Assembly: GCA_964057225.1 (NCBI GenBank)
Contig: OZ059898.1
Location: forward strand, 8,618,001 to 8,682,000
Reading direction: 5' to 3'
Source: Auanema rhodensis
Lineage: Eukaryota; Animalia; Nematoda
DNA: 64,000 nucleotides
Shown here: piece after piece, positions 10,145 through 24,900 of the stretch
How positions within the stretch are numbered: position 1 is the stretch's first letter
Layout: the number at the start of each line of letters is the position of its first letter
Position numbers and translations under genes: made by a program
Notes under the pieces: generated by a model
What the model was told of the DNA's origin: nothing
Databases searched by the model: none
What the model saw: only the letters and a program-made list of their open reading frames with translations

Positions 10145-13100
10145 CTTTGGTCTCAATCGTTCAAATTTTAAAGTAAGATATCTATGTATAGCTGTTCGCT
10201 ATTTGTATTTGATTCCATTGCAGTTCTGTAATGATTTACTTAAGTTTTCTATTGTCTTATGACTGTTGTTGTGCTTTGGTTGTTCAACTTCACCCGCTGC
10301 TGTTGCCTGCATGTCTTTCTGCGCACTTTTCAACCCTGACACTTTTTCTTCGTTTTTTGTTATTCAGTTATTCGGTCAGTGTCCCTGCTTCCTGGGTCCA
10401 AGCCCAACAGTGTATCCTAGTCACGAGATGTTCGTGGTCTTCCCTCTGTGACTGTCTTTTTCCTTATTTGGAAATACTCATTGTCAGCCATGCGTCAGCC
10501 TAGTTGTAGCGGAGATAGTAAAAGGGGTGATCGAAGAGGAAGAGGTCGGCTGACTGGGTTTGTCCGTGGTGGACTTGACCCTCTCGTCTCTTTCCATTAC
10601 AGTCTGCTGCGCTCTTAATTCTCTGCACTCTCTTCTGGGCTGTGTCAGCGTCCTCTCTTCTCCTCTGTGTTAGCAATCAGCCAAGGCCTGGCACGTGGCC
10701 AAACATTTTTTGGCGTTTGTCCAACTGCCGAATTTTCAAGTTCTCTTGTTAAATCGATAGATTTTTGCGCCTTTTTTTGACTTACATGGAAGTCAGCTGT
10801 GCTATGTTCGTATGTTCCATCCGATATAGTTCTGATGGTCTGGTTCTTAACGAAAATTTACGTGAAAGAATCCTTTATTGCACTTTCTCTTCTTTTTTTA
10901 TCTTTCGAATGAACATTGTGCTGATGATTCTGATTTAATGATTTCAGGTTTCCCTACGAGACTCGCAGTTGAGCCGACACCAGTTAAGTAGTGTCAGACT
11001 TACTACTAATCGTTCTTCTCAAAAGTGAGTTACTTTCGAAGATTTTTCCGCTTAATGTAGTTCTGAACCTGTTCTGGATGCTTTCTACAGTTTACCTGAA
11101 ATTCGGCGCAATAGTAGTCGCTCATCAAATGTTCCTCATTATATTATCATTTGATTATTTCTTTATTCTAGTATTCATTAAGCTAACTTTTAATTTTTCA
11201 CTATGTTATCATTGCTGTGCATATTATTATCAAACTTCATTTAAAATCGTTTAAAAACTTTAATTCTGAGCAAAACTATTTTAACCGTTTTCTATATTCT
11301 TGACCGTCCAATGGGCCTTGTATCAACGAGACACTGGCCTCCATTTTCTGTTGTTTACGCGAATACCGTTCGGAGTTCGTTTCTTTTGGTTGACCAATGA
11401 TCTCTTGAATTGACAGATGAACGACGACGTTTACTTATAGTTTGAATCCTTTTTAATAATATTTTTGGTTTTTTTAAATCTTATGTCCTCAACATGCTGA
11501 CATGCTTTTTGTATTGAATACAAATGGGGAACTATTTTTGCAAATAACTTTTAATCAAAAAAAAACAACTATTATTCCTATTTTAATTATTATTTTTCAC
11601 ATTTTTTTCGTGGTTTTAGTATCTTTATTATATTTTGGGTGGTCTGTGCTCTATGTAGAACTATTTTATTGATCCCACAATTTCTCCATCAATTTCCAAG
11701 TCCCCAATTGATTTGCATAAAGTAAAAAAAATCTATGTATGGGAAAATTATCTAATGTAAGTATTATGCATTACCATATTCTCTTACTGACCCTGTTGTC
11801 TCTGTCTGTTTTTTCAAGAAGTGCTATTGTTGTTAGCAGGAATTGTTCAATATTGCTATTCTATATTATGTGCTAAAGAGGGTTTGCTCACTCCTACTTG
11901 CCATATTATCAACTTGCATTATACATTAATCTCATTTCCTTATTTTTTCTTCATATTCTTTTTTGTTTAATTCAATCAACAAGTTCTGAAATTTTATAGT
12001 TCGCATTGCGATCAACCGGCTCAACGGATCAGCATGTCTCCGGGACAGAATCCGCAATACAACAACAACGGAAACGTCTACGGAGTACCTCCACAAGTAG
12101 GCGGAGCTCCACCTCAATCTCAGGTTCAGCGTAATCCAAATGGAGGTGGATTTTATCAATATGTATGATTTTTAAAATGTGTACAAGTTATTTATGTTAT
12201 GTTACTTGCAGAACAATAGATCTGGATATTATGGAGGAGCTAACGGTGTTGGGATGGCCGGTAGAACAGGCTTTGGATTGCCCAGAGATGGTACCCCAGT
12301 TCAAGATGTACCTCTAAGTGCTGTAAGATACTCCTCACTAAAATTCTTTTCATTGTTTTGTTTTTGTTATCTCAGACTAACCTGTATATCCGCGGTTTGG
12401 CTCCTGATACTTCTGACGATTATTTGAGAAACATGTGCAAGCAGTATGGACCAATTGCTTCTACTAAAGCCATTATGGATAAGACCACTGGATCATGTAA
12501 AGGATATGGATTCGTTGACTTTGAAAACAGAGAAGCTGCTCAAAGAGCAGTTGAAGAACTGAACTCTAGAGGAATTCAAGCCCAAATGGCTAAGGTTGGT
12601 GTTGTGCTTCTGATCATAATTGTTTTTAAAAACATATATTTTTTCCTCCCTAAGCGAAGGCAATTTCAGCTTCAACAGCAAGAACAAGATCCAACTAATC
12701 TCTATATTGCAAATTTGCCAGCTCATTACAATGAACAGCTCTTAGAAAACGTTTTGGCTCCTTATGGAATGGTTATCTCCACTCGTGTTCTTCGTAATGC
12801 TGATGGACAAAGCCGCGGAGTAGGATTTGCTCGCATGGATTCAAAGGTATAATTTGTTTTGTTTTTTTATATATTCATTCTATTTAGGAAAAATGTGAGG
12901 AAATTATCGAGGCTTTAAACGGCAAACGTTTATCTGATATGACTAATGAGCATCCACCTCTATTAGTGAAGCAAGCAGATACTGGCAGAAAATCAAACAG
13001 AAAGAGAAATGATATCTCGTTCGAAATGGGAATGTTCCATACTCAGGTATAATGTTTTACAAGTATTCTGAATATGCGTATATTATAGCAATTCGTGCCT

Positions 13101-13544
13101 CAAGACTACATTCGCGGAATGGGAACTATGCCTCAGCTTTACGGACATCAGTTCGTTAACTATGGAATGGGATATCCCCAGCAGATGAGCTATGCTCGTA
13201 AGTTGTTAAAATTAATTTTTGTGGTTTACTGTTTTGTTTAGAGCCCCAACACTCACAATATGATGTAAACGCTAGTGTCAATGCTGTTGTAAATCAAATG
13301 GGCAACATGCAGATCAGTTCTGGTGGTGCAGCCACCACTGAAAGTGCCTATATGTATGGAACTCCTCCACAAGGGCAGCAGCAGTTCTTTGTAAATAACA
13401 GAAAGGTACTGTGGCTTTTTGAAAGATCGTTTTCATGTTTATTTTAAGGTACCTAATAATGCCAACAACAATCACCAAAATTCATATTCTTCTGTACAAG
13501 CCGATGAGCACGAGTACAGAAAGCATGCCGGCCAGGTTTGCTAA
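4660..13544 (+). CDS. sup-26: Two-RRM RNA-binding protein of the RBMS/MSSP/Shep family. Exons 4660-4752, 10948-11024, 12000-12162, 12212-12322, 12376-12594, 12670-12846, 12888-13046, 13089-13197, 13242-13405, 13449-13544
   Basis: RRM1 [16 protein letters not shown], linker [19 protein letters not shown] and RRM2 [10 protein letters not shown] are typical of RBMS/Shep. Upstream exons join in phase: [12 protein letters not shown] | VSLRDSQ..SSQN | [14 protein letters not shown]. The core from 12000 is secure; the two 5' exons are less so. Confidence 0.85.
7999..8013. promoter_or_regulatory. Perfect Nuclear Factor I consensus TTGGC-N5-GCCAA inside a GC-rich intronic island
   Basis: TTGGC CAATC GCCAA read directly. 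Near-consensus copies at 10688-10702 and 10710-10724. Confidence 0.5.
10087..10141. repeat. (TA)n microsatellite
   Basis: Direct inspection. Confidence 0.95.
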
Positions 13545-15380
13545 TCTCCAGTTTTCTGGAGAAGCTTATCTGCCCCGCTTCAGGTCGGTCCTCAATAGAC
13601 GACAATCCGTTAATCATCGCGTCTCGTATCTGCGCGGACTCTATGTCCAAAAAACTTCTCATACAGTTTAGGAACTGATGACACGTACCCTATTTGAGTT
13701 ACATAGTGTTCATATTTGTTGGTGTCGTTTTAGGTGGTCATAGTACTAAAACCATCATATTTACTCATTTTGGTAGTAGTAGGGCCACTTGCGGACTGTA
13801 TTGTGGGAAAGTTGTTGTTGTATTTATACACTGCTGCTTGCGTGTCTTTATCTACCCACTTGCTTATGTTCCACCTTAACCTCATCTATATCTAACGTGT
13901 CATTTTTATCATCCTTTACACCATCTTATTATTCTTGTTTCAATTTGTATCTCTATATTCTCATTCTGTACCATCTCGAAGTTTGTTGTTATTTTCTGAC
14001 ACACAGGTATAGGCGCAGCTCACATAACCCCCCTTTATTTAAATTAAAAGGGGTCTAATGTAATCAATTTCATCAACTTGTCCTTAAACTGTAGCAAGAT
14101 GATTTAACGGTGTAATTTGTACAGTTCGTTTTAGCTATTGTTGACCCATTTACATTCTTTTCATTCTATCCCATTGTTTGGCATTCGGTGTTGAATATAA
14201 TGTACTTCTTCGAAGCTATCATTGCTCTTGGATTTATATTAGGTGTTTTAAAAAATTCGTGGCACCCTCGGAATAAAATTATTAAAATACGATTATTTAT
14301 AATTTGTTTGATTGCTCATATTTGGTATTTTCAGTTCACTGGTACGGGTGTAATTGTACTCGTGTTCCCCATACTTCGCGCTTTTTATAAAATATTTGAA
14401 AGTAGGTTCAAGTAATGGAATTATCACCGGAGTGAATATTATTTTATTGATGATCTGGTTCCAAATCCATCGTATGTGCTGAAAGGGCATTTTGCCTTGG
14501 CGAACTGAAAAATTATGATTATCCATATGCTGGACAGAAATTTGAGGACATTTTTGAATGAAAAGGTTCTGATTATTTTCAAATCAATTTGTAACGTGTA
14601 ATACTCAACGATGCAAATTGTTGTCATACACAATATACCAAATCCCTTCATATTAATGATTTCCGTGACGAAGATATTTCTGATGTTGAACAACGACGGG
14701 ACCTTCAATTTTTATACACAACATTTATAATATTCAAAAGTTATTCACTGATTTTTATGTTATGAACTCAATAACAAGCGTTAGAACTCATTATAATAAG
14801 TAAATGAGCCATACCTCATTTTTTTCAAAACATTTGAATATAATTATCTGGATTTCTAATACTTTTAGATGATGCTGTTGCGAGCTTTTATACCTACTTA
14901 TTTTAAAATAATATACATGGAAAATAATAAAGATTTTATATAATAGTTGTTTTATACAAATTATTTTTTAGAATATATATTAATATAAGGTACCTGCTAT
15001 ACATTTATATATTGGTTTTCTCAAAAAAAATCTTTCTCATAAGTGATCTACATTTCAAATATAACATACAAAAAAAACAAAGAAAACTAGTTCTTTCACA
15101 ATTATGAACTGATTCAATTAACAGGGTGTAATAAGATCAATTACGCTTACGTTTCATAGTTAATGCAATTTGAGCAATAAACTGAATCATTGAAAGGACC
15201 CGTATACATTTAACAAGTCAAAAATTGGCTATATTTATTGGATTACGGTACAGTTCTCGTACGCAATAAATAAAATACGAAAATTCTTCAAACCTTTCTT
15301 TTTAAACAAGCTTAAAACAAGCTTGTTAAGTTATGAATCTGTTTAATATTGTATTGTTTGTTAATTGAGAACGGTGCTTA

Positions 15381-15387
15381 TTTTCAG
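15381..15387 (+). promoter_or_regulatory. SL trans-splice-type acceptor TTTTCAG 1 nt before the prp-6 ATG
   Basis: ttattttcag|A ATG GCA with no obvious upstream cis donor; standard nematode outron layout. Confidence 0.7.
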
Positions 15388-15388
15388 A

Positions 15389-19406
<4,018 letters not shown>

Positions 19407-19856
19407 AATGTTATCAATGGATTTCTATCATGAATCCTTGTTTATGTAATTTTGCGTTCCTTTGAAATCTGATGCATCTCATTAAATTTGTTTAAAATTT
19501 ATAACGAACATCCATTTTAATGAACAGACAGAAATATTATTTTAAGTAAACATTGGCACGAATAGAAATTTGGCGGTACAAGGGGAAATCAACTGGAGAC
19601 CATAAATGTTTTTATGGAAGCTAAAGGAATATATGATCTACTAACAAGACCGGGTGAAAGATGGAAACCTCTGAATGTTTTGTTAGAATACAATGAAATT
19701 AGAACAAGGTATAACACATCGATAATTTAATATATCATGCACGAATAGAACCAAATTTGGAAAGAAATGCAATGAAAATTGAAACTGTAACTTCAGTATA
19801 ATTAAAGTATTGCATGAAGACGATTGAAACAATTTTTAATTTATAAATATATTATT

Positions 19857-21983
19857 TTATACATCCTTTTTCATAAAGGCTCCAAACATTTCCACAGGGA
19901 CAGGGAAGACAATCGTTGAGTTATGTTCAGCACTGAAAGTTAACATTATAAACTATATTGTAAACGTTACGGAGATCAGTGAAACGAAATTTAGATTTTT
20001 TCAGAATAGCTTCATTGACAAAAACTTTGAAATCAACAAAGAATTCTTCAAAGTATGTAAAAAGAAGGTAGATGAGCTATTGGAGGAAAGCAGGTGAGAC
20101 GGAAACGAAAACTTACGCAATGCTGTTCAATGCTTGCAAATGCCTCAACTGGAGCGCCACAGGGTTGGCTTGGATCACATCTGCAGCCTCTTTTAATGCA
20201 CGAGATGCCTGAAATTAAATATAGTCATTTAGACAAAGGTTTCACTATTGGTTTCGGATTCCATGGATAAAAAATTCACCTTCTGTTCTCCTTCGGCAGC
20301 AACAACCTTAGCGCGAGCTTCACGAGCAGCCTCGGCTTCGGCAGCCATAGCCCTTGTGAGCTGTTGAGGTAAACGAATATCTTTCACTTCCACTCTTTCT
20401 ACCTTAATACAGACAAATATATCAAAATTCGAAACAAACAAAAAAATACCTTGACACCCCAATGTTCGGTACCTTCGTCGAGAATAGTCTCACAAAGTTG
20501 AGCAATAGCTTCACGTTCTGTTAACATTTCTGTTAAGGTTTTCATACCTAAAATATTTTGTATAAACACTTTTTTGACTGAAATTAAAACCTAAAGCATT
20601 TCTTAAGGTAGTCTGTGCAAGAAGCTTAGTGGAATAAATGGCGTCGTCAACATTGTTGACGGATGCAATAGGGTCTGATGTACGGAAATAGACGACAGCA
20701 TCGACCGACACTGTTACGGAATCCTTAGACAGAATTTCCTGTGGAGGTACAGCATATGAGACGACACTAAAAATATTAGTATTATTTCAATTATTTCAAG
20801 AGCATATGTGAATGAACATACCGAAGGTCGATTTTCCTATAAGTATCAATGCAAGGAATTACAAAAATCATACCAGGACCACGAGCCCCTCCAAAAATCA
20901 AACGACCAATTCGAAAGATTACAACTCTTTCGTATTCTTTAATAACCTATAATATATATGTTTTTGTATATTTTAACTGATGTTAAACGTACTTTAAGAC
21001 ATACACACATTGAAAATGGGAAGGTTACAATAATAAGAACCCATGATAAAGCTACTAACAAGTAGCCAAAAATTGTTCCTATAGTCTCATAGTCGGGAGG
21101 TACATCCTGAATAAAATTATGATTTTTAATAATTATTAATTATATTGCTGGGGAAAGCGATTTGTGCCAATGTGCAGGGTAAGACAACGAACACGTCAAG
21201 TTGCAAAAAATTGAAATTGAAAACAGACATCTTGATAATCTATTCAAAACAGAAAGAAAACGAAATGTACATGCACACATGCTTCTAACTATGTAAAGGC
21301 ATAAATCTTTTAAATCTTTGAATATTTCAGCAGCTAAAATAAGAAAAAAGTTTTTGAACAAAAAGAATGGAATAAACAGGTCTATTTTTCTAACCACATT
21401 TTTGAAATTAGTTATGAGCATCACAGAACATAATAGATTATGCTTGATTTGTATGAAAAAGATCAGAAAAGAAAATACAACAAATAAATTATGATATATA
21501 TGTAGTAAGACTATAATATATTTTATTGCTTTTGAGTCAAAATTGAATGCGATTTTTTAGTAAAAAAAATATAAATGAAAATAAACAAAATAATAATTGT
21601 AATAATAATAATATTAAAGAAATAATAATCATTATAAGAGTGAGTGCTACTATTATTATAATATACTAAATGTGAATTATTATTATTCATTTATCTCAGT
21701 TTTTTTTTCATTCTCATATAACAAACAAAAGCTGGTTTGCAAGCAATTAGTAAGCAGTAGAGCTGATGCCATCCGTTTCGTTTTCTTTTAAAATTATAAG
21801 TTTTTGAAACATATTTCAAAAATATATCTTAAGACTATTATTTCTAAAAATTAATTTATGGATGAGATCATGCTCAGACAAGAATACTGCAATTCAAAGT
21901 GAGTGTTGTGGACATACTTGCGATGGTACCTGATTGGAAGATGGAGTCACCCATTGCGGTTCCGAGCGCTCTTTTCCCGACAT
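19857..21983 (-). CDS. unc-1: Stomatin/SPFH protein UNC-1. Exons 21983-21930 (or 21918), 21106-20993, 20946-20822, 20766-20591, 20548-20450, 20402-20280, 20208-20117, 19932-19857
   Basis: [18 protein letters not shown]|[73 protein letters not shown] matches C. elegans UNC-1 as recalled, including both termini. TTTCAG acceptor at 21995-21990. Confidence 0.95.
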
Positions 21984-24900
21984 TACACGCTGAAATGGAA
22001 AGAAAAATAAAAATAACAATAAAAATAAGAAGAAAAACGGATCCAGAAAATGAATAAATGAATTAAAAGTTGTTGAGAGTCACAAATACGAAAAGTGAAA
22101 CAATTTATGAGAAAGGCAAAACATCCGAAGAATAATACAAGAATATAGTGAATGCAAAATTAGAATCTTTCAAGGGTGGAGCTTAAGCTAGGAAGGATGG
22201 GTGTTGACGAGAATACCCGATGGAAGGAACACATAACAATACGGAAGGTAGTGAAAAAGAATGGGTTCTGAGAGTAAAAAAGCAAAGGAGATAAAGAGCA
22301 ATATATTGAAAAAAACGAAAGGAGGACGAAGTCTTAGAAGCACCAGGATAAATATGGAGAAGCAAAGCGTTACAGAAGTTCTCTTAGAACAATGGAGTAA
22401 TTGGAAAATGGCTGATATTTTCTCTTCTAAATGTTCTAAATGTCATTAGACAACGAAGGATTTTCATTTGTTTTGGAAAAGGAAACACTCATATACATAA
22501 AGTAACATCATTGAGAGTTGAGTGTAAAAAACAAAAAAAAAGAAAGAAGAATTTCTGGTGAAATCAATCGCCCGTGAGCATTCATTCAAAGATGTAACAC
22601 GCCTTCACGTGTTTTTACGTTTTTTTTAGAATATTAAGAGTAGAGTACGGTTGTATTTCTTTTGCTCTCAATTTTATTTATTTCGATTCGTTTTCTTTCT
22701 CAAGCTTATTTCAGATTTGTCTAGCAGTTCATCATTCATTCATGTTATTTTACATTTTGTAAGGCGCACATATGAAAGAGGTGAAAATGCAAGCTGCTTT
22801 CTAGACCTGTTGTCATCGATTAAAAACTTTAAGCTAACATTAACAGAAAGGTTATAAATGAAATAAATAACGATTGAGTCACTACTCTAAAAGTAGGGGA
22901 AAAAACCAATGCATTCTTGCAAACAATCTAGTAGTCTGAGGTCAAAAATAACTAGCTATTTTCCGATACACATATTTGCATTGGAAAACCAAGAAAAGAG
23001 GAAAAAGATAGAATGCAAAAGTACAAGCATCTGATGAATGACTGACAGAAGACAAAGAAAGAGATGTGATGGAAGCTTCGAATAATCTTTATTTCTTTTT
23101 GTCGCTGAGAGAGCAGCCTCATTAGGAGTCCGTGGAACTACAGCTCTGCCACCCAAAATGAGCCTCTTTTGCGCGCCTAGGAGGCTTGATTGGATAGAAT
23201 TTCTAAGCAACTTAAGAGAGTAGACAAGCTTAGAGGACTTTGACTACATGGAGTCCTATTCGATTGATTAAGACAAAACAAAATTCAACTCAGAACATTA
23301 TAAGTAGGATGCAAAAACGTTTAAGATGAATTAGATGGGGAATAATTCAATGACTACAGCAGCTCATAAATCTACAATAACTTAACTACATAGACTAACA
23401 CATGTTTCAACCTATAGACGTTAAATAGTAAATTATTAGCTGAAATAAGTAGTAAAGAGTACTTTATCCATCGAATATATGTATGTAGAATTCAGAATAA
23501 AAAATGTAGCAACAGGCGCATAGCAACTTCACAAACAGTATCTGTATCGAAAAATACAAATTATTAAAATACAAATTACAAAAACTAAATTGATAACTAG
23601 AACAAGCTAAAATGGTTAAGGGCTTGAACTGCGGCATGCTTGACTTAAAGTTGAAGCAGCAGCTACAGCCTAAGTCTGGAAATACTAGAGGCATTTTCTA
23701 TTTCGGCACTCTGAGTCCGAGGGACACGACTGAGTAGGCAGAGCAGTCGATACACTGGAAGGGAGGGGAGAGGGGCCAGCGGGAGTAATTCAATAGGCAG
23801 AAAGAGAAGAAAGAGAGACTGAAATGAAAGAAAGAAAAAGAGAAAAAGAACGAGAAGAAGACAAAGACTCAGCATATACTGATGAAGAGGGAAATAGACT
23901 GCGAGGGAAAGGGGAAGAGAATAGGAAGGCAGAAGGAAAGAGAGGGGGGGAGAAAGTTCTGATGAAAGAAGAAATGAGCAAGAACAGGAGCCGAATGGGG
24001 ACACAGAAGGACAGACTTGGAAGACAACGGGACACGAACATGTCATGCTTGAATCTGCCTTTATCCTTTCCATATTCCATAGCTTTCGTCTCTATCTCTT
24101 TATCCTTAACGCAGTTTGATTGTCGTCTACGACAAATAATAGATGGGAGAAAGATGAAGGATAGGCTGTTTGAAGCTGTTTAAGTGGCCGCAGACCCACA
24201 TGAGGCCAGCTGGTCTGTCCCTCAGGCAGTACTTCTATGTTGCAGACTTGATGCAAAAGGTTGAGTTAGCAAAACGCAAGGTTGATAGCCTATAAAGTGG
24301 TCTTGAAACAAGTTAACCTAGATCCAGGGTCAGACATTTATATGAAAAAATATTGAAAGAGAATCTGGTCGTTTAGGTAATTCCAAATTAAGCACAGATG
24401 CGGAAGCAGATTATTATTGTGGTTGCGCTTGTGAACTATGAAGCAGAAAGTAGATATTGTAGTCAACGCATAAAAGTAAAATGAGTAAAAAGAACAGAAT
24501 ATATAAAGTGAAAAAGATAGTGAGAAAAAGGAGGGATAAGCTTAGAGAGACGTAAAAAGAAGGAAGAAAACTAGTAAGAGAAAGAGATAACTGCCTGAGG
24601 GACATACGACGAAAGATTCAGTTGAGTCAATATTTCAATAATGAAATATAGCTAGATAGATGACTTTGAACAATTTCATTGAATATTCAAGTATGGTTAT
24701 GTTCATGTCATGATCCAGCTGAAAAAGCGAAGCTATTTATGGGGAACAACTTATGACAAGATAACAGGTTGGGAGCAATCCAATTGATGACGATGTGCCT
24801 ATGTGAACTCAGCTAATGAAACCAGGAGCAGTGTGCTAATTTACAGCTCAGTCATTTAGATCATGGTGCCAATTCAGAAGTTTCAAATTGCAGAAGTAGT

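Noticed and set aside
14293-14708. Minus-strand ORFs and splice-like sites between sup-26 and prp-6
   Set aside because: No coherent spliced protein could be assembled; the region is likely 3'UTR or intergenic.
23663-24183. Overlapping 96-136 aa ORFs (K/E/R-rich and L/S/F-rich)
   Set aside because: They arise from a purine/pyrimidine-skewed low-complexity tract upstream of unc-1, with no domain or splice structure.
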